From Lama glama (Eukaryota), in contig CM052816.1 in the NCBI GenBank assembly GCA_028534125.1, positions 92,010,001 to 92,074,000 of the forward strand: a stretch of 64,000 bases of DNA. Reading direction: 5' to 3'. A program made the translations under genes and the position numbers. The notes under the pieces are model-generated. The model saw only the letters and a program-made list of their open reading frames with translations. It was not told the DNA's origin and did no database searches. Of the stretch, positions 37,591 through 50,800 are shown piece by piece; within the stretch, counting starts at the first letter, position 1, and each line of letters starts with the position of its first letter.

Positions 37591-39069
37591 ATTCTCACTA
37601 AACTGATGTTTACCAAGGACTAGAAAATAACTCAGAAAATGAAGAGGATGTCCTTCCAGAAGCTACCACAAGACAAGTCCATAAAGACCACTGTTGCTTC
37701 AGTCCTGATCACAAAATACTAAATCCCTAAAGGGGCATATTAAAGTTCAAGTATAGTAAGACTTACCATCAGATAATGCTGTCTGTCAGAAGTTTGGAAA
37801 TAACAAGCTATAACATCCTAGGAGGAATTTTACACATTGAGATAGAAAGGAGCCAAAGAGCAAAATCTGCAGGAACAGCACCTCTCAGTAGAGGTAGGGA
37901 AGCCTGCTGAGAAGAGAGAAAAACAGGCATTAGAGGGACAAGAGACTGAAAGGAAACACTGACAGAGGGAAAAAGCAACTTTGAGATATTCGAAGAAGTT
38001 GCTGAAGGCTTAAGTGTTAAAGACTTTTGAAGAGCTCAAAAAGAGTAAGAACTCAGATAATGACACCCTTAATATCTGAAAAGTAAGTTATTAATGTCCT
38101 TTAAGGAAACACTTGTGTAGTAAATTGGGATGGGAAACCAAGTTACAAAGAACAGAGAGAAAGTGGAAGAAGAGGAAGTGAATAGCCATTGGCAATATCT
38201 TAGAGCATTTTCACTAGACGTTTTCTTCTTTCTTCTCTTACGAGAAGTTCTGTATTTTGCTTTTTAAAACAATATTATAAATAAATTTATGTCATGGAAA
38301 ATTCTTTGCGAATACTATTTCTGTTATATATATGGTAACTGCTTATTTATATGTCATAAAACTCATTTAAGCACTTTCTATGGTAGAGCAATTAGATTCT
38401 CCTCTTTGTCAGAAAAACATACAAAATATTACCATGTATAGCTAATTTTAAGTTAGCCTTTATTTCTGTTACTTCCTTGGAGGAAATCCCTTGATTTCTT
38501 CTTATTGCTTGTGCCTGGCCGTACCCAGTACCTGCATGCCTTTTGCAGTGCCCACTCAGCCCCTTCTAACACACCTTCCTGTAAGTGGATACATCTGGGC
38601 AAAACTTGGACAAGGAAATAAGCCATATGAGAAATTAGCTCTTCCCACATGGAAGGAAGGGACGAGTTTTAGTCTTCTGTTTAGCCAAGAGGAAGATCTA
38701 CATCTTAGGTGCAAGCAGTGTGAAGAGAGGTTGCCCCCAGAAGAGCCTTGTGGTGTTGCTGGACATTTCCACAGGTCATGTCTGCACCTGGACAAAAGGA
38801 GAATTCCTCCAATTCTCTTTGGATGATATTCCCTCATCCTTAATATTCAGGGTTGCCTAGAAGTATGAGCTCAGTTTGCTTTCTTCCCTTCTTTTAGGTA
38901 ATTCAGATATTTCAGAGTGAGTGGGTAATTAGGAAGATGTTCACAGGATCCTTTTTCTTTATTTTGCAGAGTGTTGCTGTGGGAATGTGAGAAAGGGTCA
39001 TACAAGCTGGGTCAACACTGCCACAACCTGTAATTCAAGTACTTTAAATAAAGTTTTATTTTCCATAAA

Positions 39070-39260
39070 GTCCTAGCTTGATGGACCAGCAGTTGCTTGA
39101 ATCCACAGCTGTAAGACTCATGGATTCAGAGGGTTGATCGATTGCTGGGAAGATAAATCAAGGCTCAGAGGAATAAGTAACAGTGAAAATTTCAACCAGG
39201 AGCAAAATCAGGACTTCAGCCAAGGTTCTTTGATTCTGTATGTGCTGATCTTTCCAGCTA
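39070..39260 (-). mobile_element. MIR fragment
   Basis: gataaatcaaggctcagaggaataagtaac...gcaaaatcaggact. Confidence 0.45.
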
Positions 39261-40944
39261 AATGAGATGAATTTTATCACTCTTGGGTCCTTGATTTGTC
39301 AGATATATATGGCAAAACAAATAAATAAGTCAGCAAAACCCATGGAATTATTTGTTACTCATTGCCTGACAAAGAAAAGAAATTCAAACACTTTGCAGAG
39401 ACCTACATTTCCCTAGGAACTAAATTAAAGACTATATGTCCCTTTTTAAGGGACATCAAATGACATAACAGATTGAAACTTTAAACTACAGATTTGCAAA
39501 ACATGCAGAAAAACTGATCAAATGCATGATTCTCAGTTTGTAATTTTTGTAGGTGCAGTACATAATTATTTAATTTTCACTCAGTACAAGCATTTATTGA
39601 AGAGTCTAAGATAATATGATTTACTTTTAATGATTTATCTGAATGCAGGAATGGCATTGGGCATTCTGGAAAATAACTTCTTCCAATATCAGTTTAATAT
39701 GTGAGCAACTTGCAGAAGGTGATCAATTCTTTGGTGACAGAAATTTCTAACTTATATTTATAGTGTCTGTGTGGATAAAGTGGGAATACTCTATGCCCTA
39801 GACATTATAGGTAGTGGAGTGAGTTTCCATAGCTCTGTAAATAGAAGTGCTTGGCTTGTGTTTTCATTACCTATAGGTCTACCCGACCCATGTCACAGCA
39901 ATATGAACATTTGATGGAATTTGTTAACCAGTTGAAATTTAAATCACAACAGAATTTGGCATTAGGAGATCTTGGTTCATGGCAAAATTTCTCCTCCTTT
40001 CGCACAAAGAGTCTGATGCCTAGAGTAGAAACTAAAAGTGAAAATTGCCATTTTCTCTCATTAAAAAAAAAAGGACATTTTAACTAGTCTATACCACTTA
40101 TAAAGATGCCACAGGCAAAATCCTCCTTTAAAGGCTATATTAACTTTGACAGTCTTAGCATTTCTATTTCAAATTAACTGTCTGTATGGGGCAATCTTAC
40201 TCATAGGTTGAAATGTTTCCTAAACATGAAGTGTGATTATATTTATTTGACATTTTCTCAGCAATATGTTTAACACATATACAAGTGAGAGATTTTTTTT
40301 ATAAGTCAATTCACATAAGTTATATCATTAATAAAACTTTTGCAGCATTTAGCATGTCTGGAGAATATCAACTCCTACATACTTCAACTGAAATAATAAA
40401 TAAAGCTTAACCCATTGTAGTGATGCTATGCTAACTAAACATTTGACTCTTACTTGTTTATACTGTGTTAAATTTACTCTCTTACAGATGAGGAACTCCC
40501 TACTCCCCTACAGTGGCCCCACTTTTGATTGTAGATCTTACTTAAATCATTTTACTCTCTACATTCAAAGGTCCCATTTCTTGAACTAAATTTAAATTGT
40601 TTAAAATGCTCAGAAACACGTGTTACTCTCAGATATCTCCTCTTGTGTATAAAGTTGATACAGGCTTTGCCTAATCCTTGATTTACACAGAAGGAATAAG
40701 AAGAGTTTAGATTCAATGGCACCATCTGTTGGAATTCTCTTGTATGCTGTTTCGTCTTGTTGTGGATTCTTTCCTAGGGTAGGACGTTACTGGGATAGTT
40801 AATTGACTATAATGGTACAAATTTTTCATATACAGGTTAGATGCAGTTAGATGAAAACTAGATATCTAAATATTGAATAAACCATAAATATATATTAAGG
40901 CATCTTCAAAGGAGGAGAGGCAAGAATTTTGCTTCTATACTTTC

Positions 40945-41292
40945 TGCTATGAACTGGACTTTTGTGCCCCTTCAACATTCATACATTAAAACCTAACCCC
41001 GATGTGATGGTGTTAGGAGGTAGGACATTTGGGAGGTGATTAAGTCATGGGATCAATGCCCTTATGAAAGAGACCCCAGAGAGATCCCTCGCCACCTTCT
41101 GCCATGTGAGGACACAGTGAAAAGATGACTGCCTGTAAACCAGGAAGTGGGTCCTCACCAGACTCCAAACCTGCTAGCACCTCGATCTTGGACTCAGCCT
41201 TCAGAACTCTGAGAAATAAATTTCTGTTGTTTATAAGCCATCATCACAAAACAACGGTATTTTGTTGTATCAACCCAAATGAACTAAGATGC
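40945..41292 (+). mobile_element. MaLR solo LTR (MLT1A0-like)
   Basis: gcccttatgaaagagaccccagagag...gccatgtgaggacacagtgaaaga...cttcagaactctgagaaataaatttctgttgtttataagcc. Confidence 0.9.
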
Positions 41293-43424
41293 CCTCCCAA
41301 CATATATAACTGTAACACTGGTTGAAATATACTACAAAGCCATTTCCTGTGCTAGGTAACTGGCATCAAAGCACAGTGATCTTTGAGGAAAGTATGCGAA
41401 GTTAATCCCACATTTGCTTTACATTCAGACTGCAATCGGTTTCCTCACTACAACCTCAGAAGATGAAGGTAAGAATTCCTGGCTCAGATAAAAGTTTGTG
41501 TATCAGGATACTTGGGAATAGGAAGTGCACAGAGAAGAGCTTTTTGAGCTCTTGAGCTTTTTGCTGGGACTGAGCTGCGCATGTGCCAGGCAAGCCTAGA
41601 GGAATGTGTGGCAGAGTGTGGCTCCCGAAATGAGAGCTGCACAGAGATACAGAGATCACACAGCTCAAAGATATGGAAATTCCAGTTCTCCCAGAATGGA
41701 AAGACATGACTGAACAACTTATACATTAAGTGTAGACTCGAGAAAAGTGATGTTTTGAGAATGAGGAGTATACCCTAGATAAGGGAACAAGCCCTAGGAC
41801 AAACGACAAATCCAACATTGGTCTGCTTTAACAAAGCATAATTCAGTCCTGATAAGATCAAGAGGATGTTCCAGTAATTTAATTGCTGTCCAAACAAAAC
41901 TCAACCCTCCTTAAAGGAAGACAACTGCACTCCTTCTCCCAGACACCCTATAACAAAATATCCACAATGTTCCATACACAGAAAAAAGAAAGAATCAGGC
42001 GTGCAAATGAAAATCAGAAAAACTGACCAACAACTAAGAAAATTAAAAAGACAGGCAACAGAGAAAGATCCTGAAATGGCCAAGCTATTGGAGTTAGCAG
42101 ACAGGTTGTTAAAACTCCTATTGTAATGCTGTTCAAGAATTTAAAAGAAAATATTAACATAATGAAGGAACATAAAAGGAAATACTATGAGAGGAATGGT
42201 AAGTATAAATAAGAACAAGCGGAAATTGTAGACTAGAGTAGAATGATGCCTAAAAATTGTGAAGTGAGCAACTGTTCCTGCCCCCAAGATCCAGAGCCAT
42301 GGCTCAGAAATTTTGCCCCAAAGAAATAATAAACATAAAGCAGAAAGCTTCAAAAATTTCCCCAAATGAACTAAGATTTTTCGAACAGAGTGTGAGAAAT
42401 TTCAAGCCTAAAAATGCTCTCCAAGGCAATGGTGGTTTTGATGCTAACCAACTAAATGCAGTCTGGTAGCTTCATGGAAGGTACATGCTAAATTGTAGAC
42501 CAGATAGTTTACCAGCGAGAAGCAGGGAAAGAGACAGTGAAGAAGAGCTCCTTTAGGGTCAGAACAAGCCTCAAGCATTAACTTCAGAAACCACTCCCTT
42601 AAAGGAGTCCAAATCTAATTGGACCAGTCTGTGGAGCAATGTATTTATGCAGGCATGGCTGAAAACAAAAGGACGATCATCTGGAATTTAGTAGAGCTTA
42701 GCAGCTGGAAACAATCAGAAAAGAGAAAGTCAAAGAGAGACTCGCTAAAACTATTGTCATCCCAGGGTAACTGTGCGTGCCCTAAGGCTGCATTTTTTGA
42801 ACAGCAACATCAGAAGCTTCCACAGCAGAGCAAACAGAATTCACTACAATAGTCCAGTCAGTCATTAACAAATATTAGTTTTAATAGCTTTTAGTAGATT
42901 CTGCAGGAATTTTTATATGAAGCACAAGCCTTCTACATAGATAATTTTACCTGTTTGCACATAAACATAAAAAGTAAAAAAGCATGCAATTATCTCAATA
43001 GGGAAAAAAAATGACAAAATGCAACAAACATTCATAAGAAAACTCTTAGCAATGTAGGACTAGAAGGAAATTTCCACAACCTGATAAGGAGATCTACAAA
43101 AACCTGTAATGCACATCATAATTAAGGCTAAAATATAGAACTTGTTTCCCCTAATTTTAGGAACAAAGCCACTGCAGTATAACAACAACAACAAAAAGAT
43201 GATACAAATGGGAAAAGAAAAATTAAAACCATTTTTATTCACAGATGACCTGCTGGTTTACGTGAAAATCCTAATGAGTCTAAAATTTTAAGTACTAGAA
43301 ATAAAATTTAGCAAGGTGATAGGATAGAAGATGATGGGATACAACTGCTAATTGTGTTTCTGTATACTAGCTAAAAATAATTAGAAAATCAACTTTTAAA
43401 TGCTATTTAAAAGAGCACCAGAAA

Positions 43425-45045
43425 GATTTTCCAGGAGAACGAGGTGGAGTGCATAGGATCCACAAGTGGGTTTCTGTAGGTACAGCAAGATGCTTCTGTC
43501 CCTTAACTGCAATAGCAGGTGAAGTTTAAGAAGCAGGTGGGTTATCCACCAGTGCGCATTCAGCAAAAGAAAACTTACTCCTGGAGTCATCTCTGTGGGA
43601 CATACGCTTGGAGGGCTCTTCGAACCCCAGCTCCCAGTCTGACATCATTAAAACAGGAAGCTCAGAAGTAGAAAAGACTGGAAGTTACAAAGGCTGTGCT
43701 TTCTCTGAGTTTGAGTGTGAAGATGTTGCCAAGATAGTGACTGGAACAATGAGCAACTGCCTGTTTGACAAAGAATCGTGAAGTGTCAGTTTATGCCATC
43801 TGAAAATGCACCCAAAAAACTTTTAAAGACGAGAATGTTCTATTTTCAAAGACATCATATGCTACTAGTGGGATGGTAGAAGTGAGTACTTAAACAAAAG
43901 CTCAAAATGGAGAAGGAACTTTAAAACAAAGAAAAAATAGGAAGAAAAGAGCTAAATTAGGAATAGACTGCAATCTTCCTTCACTGGTCTTATGGAAAAA
44001 GAAAAAATATATCTCAAGCTCTGGTCATCAGAACTCTGAATTGCCAGGTTTTATCAAAGAAGGGAAAAAGGTTTAAGGTACTCTGACCCTCTGAAGATGA
44101 TTATGGATAGCCAGGGCCACACAACAGTTTGTACATCAACACATTTGGAGGAGTGAAAATTACCAACTGGCTAAAATAGGTGATGATGATGAAATAGTTT
44201 TCAAATAGCCCATACCTGATGTAAAAGAGGAAATACCAGAGATATAATCACCTTACACATTCTGGAGCATGAAAGGTGAAGAGAAGACCATCAGTATATA
44301 CTGATATGTATTCTGAATATAATGTGTATATTTCTTCTGAAAATGTGATGCTTGTTATTAGGACTGATGCCCTACATTTTGATAGCTGCAACGAAATGCG
44401 ACCATTGGCAGGTTTGGGGAATAGAAATATATTGTTGTTTTGAGTAAATAAGGGAAGTAATAAGTGATTTTTTAGCTTGCCCACCCTTGCTGAAATGCAA
44501 AGATTCTTATCAGCTCACGGTGGTTAGCCTCACACTGTCTCTTTGTTCTGTTGGTCTCCTCTAGTGTCCTCTGCAGATTTCATAGCTGTCCTTAGTTACT
44601 CCACTTAGATAGAAGTCAAAATGTGAACTGTAGGCTTATGCACTAAACAGCAGCCTCTGTTGTCACCACCAGTACTGTTTGACATCTCTATGTGCCGTGG
44701 CCTGTTAAGCAGTGTACACTTCACAATTAAGGATACTTAAGAGTTCAACATCAGATGGTTAATTTGGAAAGCTAAATTCAACTGGGGAGTGAGAAGGCAT
44801 CTCAAAATATTACTGTATATGAATCATTTTTAGCAGTAATGTTCATTCTTTGACAAGCTAGCATGGATCAATAACTACCATTTTATATTGGTAGTTCCTA
44901 CCATTTTGTAATTGTTACATCAATGTGTAATTACATTCCAAGGTTTAAACACTGTCCAATAAATAAACTTTTTTCTATAATTTATTTGAATGCAAGTGGG
45001 ACTTAGATATCTTGAAATAAAATAGTAGCATTTTGCCTTCTCAAC
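43425..45045 (+). pseudogene. NIFK: Processed pseudogene of NIFK (nucleolar protein interacting with the Ki-67 FHA domain)
   Basis: Intronless and collinear with NIFK. From 43674: KTGSYKGCAFSEFECEDVAKIVTGTMSNCLF (NIFK [31 protein letters not shown]). From 44103: MDSQGHTTVCTSTHLE (VDSQGPTPVCTPTFLE). From 44182: DDDEIVFK*PIPDVKEEIPE. Stops and frameshifts throughout; 3' UTR with AATAAA at 44958 and 45016. Confidence 0.93.
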
Positions 45046-45071
45046 CACAAAATGTAACACAAAATACAACA

Positions 45072-45214
45072 CAGGAATATCACTATTGCAGGATAGTGTA
45101 AACACAATCATTATAGGCTCTGGGAAACCAAAAAATTTGTGTGGCTAGCTTTACTGCAATGTTCACTGTCTTGTGATTGTAACCAAACCTGCAGTATCTC
45201 CAAAGGTTTGCCTG
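45072..45214 (+). mobile_element. Miniature internally deleted Tigger1-like element
   Basis: The 3' end ctgggaaaccaaaaaatttgtgtg...aaccaaacctgcagtatctccaaaggtttgcctg|ta matches the Tigger1 right end. The left end caggaatatcactattgcagg resembles the left terminal inverted repeat (TIR). Confidence 0.72.
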
Positions 45215-46464
45215 TATTTAGAAATAAATTTGGAGAAAAGATGCATACTCTCTTTCCTGAAAATAACAAGACATTGCTGGAGAAATGAAGACTTAAATAA
45301 CTGAAGACAAAATCATGTTCATAGATTGGAAAATAGTATTGTTCACATTTCTTGCCCTGAAATTGATCCATAGATTCAATGAATTGCATGGTATAATTTG
45401 TCAAGCAGATTCTAAAATGTATATGGAAATGAAAAAGACCAAGAATAGGAAAAAACTATCTTGAAAGAGAAGAACACAATTGCAGGACTTATGCCCACTT
45501 TAGTTAAAGACTTACTATGAAGCTATAGTAATCAAGACTGAGTGAGTTTGGCAACAGAATAGAAAAATAAATCAATGAGACAAAGTAGAGTCTAAAAACA
45601 GACCTACCTATATATGTATAATGAACTGACTTTCAAAAATAATGTCAAATCTAATAAATGGGGAAAGAAAATCTTTTCAACAAATAATATTGCAACAATT
45701 GTATGAGTTAATGAAAAAACAATTAAGGTCAAGTCCTACCTCACACCATTCAAAAAATTAATTTAAGTTGAAACTAGGTCTAAACTTCAAAGCAAAATCT
45801 ACAAAACTTCTCAAAAGAAAAAACCATTAAAGAGTATCTTCATGATTTGGTGGGTGGGCAATGAGTTCTTACAGACAGAAAAAGCAGTAACATAAAATGT
45901 TTAAAAATAGATAAATTAGACTTCAAAATTTAATATTTCTACTCTTCAAGAAATACTAGCGAGATAATGAAAGCCATTCGCACGTTCTGGGTGAAATTTT
46001 TATATATCATCTATTTTATAGATTTCATCTATCTCTCTGACAAAGGACTTATGTATCCAGAATGTATAAGAACTTCTACAACTTAATAATGAAAAGTCAT
46101 ATATAGATATAGAATACCTATACCCATAGCAGAAGAATGATGTAACCACCACAATGATACTACTGTTTTATAAAGTGTTGAAATACTAAACATACAAAGA
46201 AGAAGCTGAAAAACCAGGGGTCTACTGTAGCTACTTGAATGTCTGAAGTTACAGATATTTCTCTTCAATTATTTTTAAAGTGGAAATGATGTCCCCAAGG
46301 ATGTTAGGAGTATCACAGAGCAAATATTCAGAAAATGAACTACAATCCCTCCAAGCAAAGTTCCAAATTAGCCCGGAATGAAATGGTAGAGCAAATAATC
46401 ATGAGTGACATAATTGACACTCTGAACGGAGAGCAGAGATAACTGTGCTCCAGGATCAGAACGA

Positions 46465-46740
46465 CTGCCCTACTGTGTGAGTCTGACCAAACCGAAGCTC
46501 CACTCGGCCTCATTTTCCTTTGTAGAACATGGAATTTGGACAGTAGTACCCCTAATATTCCATCTAAATCGAAAATCCTATGACTTCTTCATCCATTCAC
46601 TGATCTCATTTATTCATCAACCATTTGTTGGTAACTACTAAGCTATATTTGCTAAGCATTGTTAATACATAAATGAATCAAATACTCCCTAAGACACTTA
46701 CTGAACTCAGTCCAGTTGAAAAGACACATATAAAGCACTA
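46465..46740. mobile_element. MIR fragment followed by L2 3' fragment
   Basis: ctcggcctcattttcctttgtagaacatgg (MIR); cattcactgatctcatttattcatcaaccatttgttg (antisense L2 tail). Confidence 0.5.
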
Positions 46741-47831
46741 AAGACATTTACAGATGGCAAAACGGATTCCGATCCAAGGGTTGCTCAAGCAGGAGCTGAA
46801 AGTGTTGGTATGTCCAAGAGCAGCAAATGGTCCCGCATGGAGCACTGTGGTGTGTGCCGGTCCCCAGGGTGCTGGAGCATCAGGGGAGGGGAGTGATGGC
46901 CTGGAAGTGTGGGCTATGCCAAGGAGCTTGGTCTTTAGTCTCCAAAGTCTTCTGAGCATCTTCAATATTTCTTTTCTTCTTCTTTTTTTAAAACATATAT
47001 CCGTTTTGGAAAACTTTGTCTTGAAATAGACTGTGTTGATTGTAAATTACTTGGCAGCTTATTTTTTTAATGACTATGTTCTTTAAAACACTATTATGAA
47101 CAAGTTTCCATAATAAATCTACTCCATTTTGAGATACTTGGTTTCTATCCTGGAAATATTTTTTCCTTTCTTTTAAATCTGCATAGTGTCGTTCAAAAAA
47201 ACACTGACAAACCATTAGAAACACAAAGTTCTTCCAGGCAGTTTGACTGAAAGACATGGAGGAGAGTTAGCTTGTCTCACTAAAAAAAAAAAAAAGAAAA
47301 GAAATGCAGTCTTCCCTGCTGAAAGCAACTATCACTTTCATTTCCTTTCCCTTTTGTGATACAGAAGAATGTGCAGTTCAAGTAAGATCAAAATAAATTT
47401 AAAATAATAATGTTTCCAAAAGACATATGGTTGGATCTGTGATGATTTTCACACAACGAAACCTGTTCTTCTTTCCCATTTATGTTGGCAAACTCACAGT
47501 ACGTTAAACTGGCAGAAACATTAGCAGGGTAACATTTTGGGACACCAACATAAAAAATACAATTTGGCTAAATATACAGGCAGACCAATCAAACCCATTT
47601 TGTTTCAATTACAGCTGAACCACATGAGCTATAGTTTACAATATGCAGTATATGTAAATATGCCATTTATGGGCTATCTTTTATTGTTAAGACAGTGCTG
47701 CAGATCAACACTTACTTAGGCATACATTTTGAAATATTTTCTGGAAATATATTTTCAATGTTAGCATCACACAGTCTTATAAATTCTTCATAGTAGCCAA
47801 TGGTCAAATATAGGAATAAAGATACATTATA

Positions 47832-50800
47832 TGTATTGGTCAGGATTTTATCAGAAAAATAGAAACCATTATTTTAAGCAGGATGGGGTATAACACAGGG
47901 ACTTACAGCCTTACACAATTGTTGCTAGGTCAAGGAAGCTAAAAATAGCACCAAATAATCAGAAAGTAGAAGAATCCAAATAAACTTCCACCGATGACGG
48001 ATGTCACTTACAACGTGGCAGAAGGACACCTGAAAGCCATGGGCAAAACCCCACATCTGCCATCTGTAGATGCCCAGCTGCTTCTGGAGAATAAGGGCTT
48101 CTCTGTATCTTCCTCTTCCAAATCTCACACAAATGCCCTCCACTGGCAGCATTTAAACCAAATCCCTATTGGCCAGTAAATCTGATTAATGTAGCTTCCA
48201 AACTGTCAATCCCTGTGTTACAAGACACAGTTTAAAAAAACAGGGATCATACTACATACCAAAACGCAGTATCTAGTTGGCTCTCCATATATCTATGTTT
48301 AAATTTCCAAAGAGCAACAGTATTTTGCTTTTGACTGACTTGTTGCAACTATCCCTCAGTCTAAAGATGTATCAACTCTCTCCTTCAAAAGGCAAGGCAT
48401 GAAAATCCAAATGTCATTGTATCCATCTCTAGATATTCATTCTTTTTTAGCTCAGTCTCAATCCCTATTTCATATCTTATAATCTGCAGACTGAGCTAGA
48501 CGTGTAATCAGCACCAACGTACCTTATATAAGCTAGTAGGAGAAGACGAAGGAGAAAACTAATTTGGCTAATATAATATATATGTAGTATAGCAAGAAAG
48601 AACACAGGAACAGTTACTATGGTCCTTTGTGTGACTGATCATATGGCTATAACTGGTTTAGAACCTACTTTTTCTATTACCTGTTTCATATTCACTTCGT
48701 CATTAGTCAGTATTGAGGTGGACGTGGGCTTTTGTGAGGCAGAATAATCTTAAATGTCATTCCTCAGTGATCTAAGCCATTAGTTGGGTAGCTGTGATTT
48801 TCCATGAACAATATTGGAAGTATTAAAAAGCACACTTGGATAGTCCCCTGCATTTTGTGCACATTTTTCCATCCCCTTTTATAGCATCAGTTCTATTTCC
48901 CCTTGATAATCAGGATTAGTCATCCCAGTCAGTACAGTATTTCCCTTTTTTTGTTGTTATATCAATGACATTGGAAGTCCAACATGGCGAGGTTGCGATC
49001 TGAACTTCAAGTTGAATATGCTCCTTGGTTGAAACTCTCCTTCCTTGGGAATAAATATCTCAGAATCTACAGAGCCCGAGTTATGGGGACAAGAGGCATA
49101 ACTTTTGATGGAAGTTTATTAAATGAAAAGATTGAGAAGAATCACGCCCATTCCCACTCCCTGTTTCTCAGACCAGTGGTTTCCTACTAAAGGAGAAAGA
49201 GAAGCATACCATGTTCACAGGTACAGGCATTTGGTTTAACTTCTGCAAGGTACTGTCTCCCAAGAAGCATAAAACTGAGTCTTCCACAGGCTATTCAATT
49301 TTCCTAGCTGGCTTCTATTATTGTGAAATTAATCCCTTGGTCCTGGGTCATGAATTCATTATCATTATGATAGTGAATAAAACATCATTAAATTTCTAGA
49401 CAATAGTATACGCAGATGCACTGAGAGCAAGGAGACTAACCAATAGCAAGAGGCAATATCTATTCCAGTGAGGACACATCGCTACCTACTCCATGATAAA
49501 AGAGTTCCAATGTAATCAACCTGGTATCAAACGGGAGCTGTTCTGGAAAATGGTACAATGTCAGAGGTTCAGTGTTGATCTCCGCTGTAGGCAGAGTGGA
49601 TACTCAGTAACGATCATGGCCAGATCTTCCCTGGATAGAGGAAGCCCATGTTTTTGATCCCAGTCATAATCTCAGTCTTATTGCCATGAATGTTTAGCTC
49701 ATGAGCCCACAGAGCAAGCACTGAGGTGGCTGAGCAAAGATCCTAACTGGTACCCACAGTGAGTAATTTTTGATCAGCATTCTCATGGAAAACAAATATT
49801 TTCATAGTTTCTGTGCATTCTGAGAGCTCCATTCTTATACCTCGTTGTCACCTATCCTCTAGAATAATTTATTCTAAAGCCTTGACCAACTGGCCAAGTT
49901 ATTAGATATTACCTGTGAATTAGTATAGATCTTTATCTCTGGCCACTCTTCTCTTGGGCACAATGAAAAGTAAGATGCTTAGAGTTCTTTCCATTAGAAT
50001 ACTTCTCTTCATTTCTGCTCTTCAGGGCATCCCCTGAGGGAGCTATGAAGCTGCAACAGTCCAAATCTGACCAGTGCCTACATGTCTTGTGGAACCAACT
50101 TAAACCAAGAGCAATGATAGTATTCCTCAGTCAACTGCTTAGAGAAGACTCCCCATGAGGATGCAGTGTGATTTGAGGAAGAGGCAGCAACACATTAGGG
50201 ATGGTTTCATGAGTATCTGAGTTATCAGCACATTAAATCTTTTAGCCTATAGAACCTACTTAGGGCTGTTCTTAAATGTATGTCACTCCCAGTTGAAGAA
50301 GAGTGCTTCCCTACTGGCCATCATTCTGTGCGTTTGGTGATATATCAAGATACAGCATTTCATAGTCATGTGATGATGAAGTGCTCCTGTGATCAGGCAC
50401 TTAATCCCTACAAGGCATCAGTAACAAAACAAGAGTTGTTTCTGAAAGAGAGAAAGTTCTGTGCAAAAGAGGGTATGATTTTGCTCTAAAATCCTAGAGG
50501 TCTTCACAGTGAATCTCTCATGGGAGTATGCCAGTCACTCCATATTGCTTTCCTTTTCACATCATACTCAAGCTCCACTGGATCTATGGGTCCTAAGCTG
50601 CAGCAGGCAGAGTGGCCATACAAGCTGGCATCCTTAAGGAGTGCTTAGTAAATGCATCAGAGAAGAGCCATCAAATATAGTATAGATTGCCTCCAAAATC
50701 CAAAGTGACTCGCAAGCATTTTATTTCTTTCTTAAGGATACGGAGCAAAAGGTTCAGCAACTTGTCTTTCACATTAAATGTGACATCTCAACCAGACCAG

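Larger units (their letters stand above)
41300..46090 (+). mobile_element. Old fragmented LINE-1 (L1M-type 5' region, ORF1 and ORF2 relics) hosting the NIFK retrocopy and mini-Tigger
   Basis: ORF2 landmarks: tttattcacagatgacctg (LFxDD motif), ctacaaaacctgtaatg, catgttcatagattggaa, gacttactatgaagctatagtaatcaagac. The L1 stops at ~43424 and resumes at ~45215. Confidence 0.8.

Noticed and set aside
38898..38916. 19-nt plus-strand micro-exon (ttttag|...|gtgagt)
   Set aside because: The intron to the next acceptor would be only 53 nt, too short for normal mammalian splicing, and there is no other support.
43460..44300. Functional NIFK gene or retrogene
   Set aside because: The start codon is not recognisable, and there are multiple stops and frameshifts.
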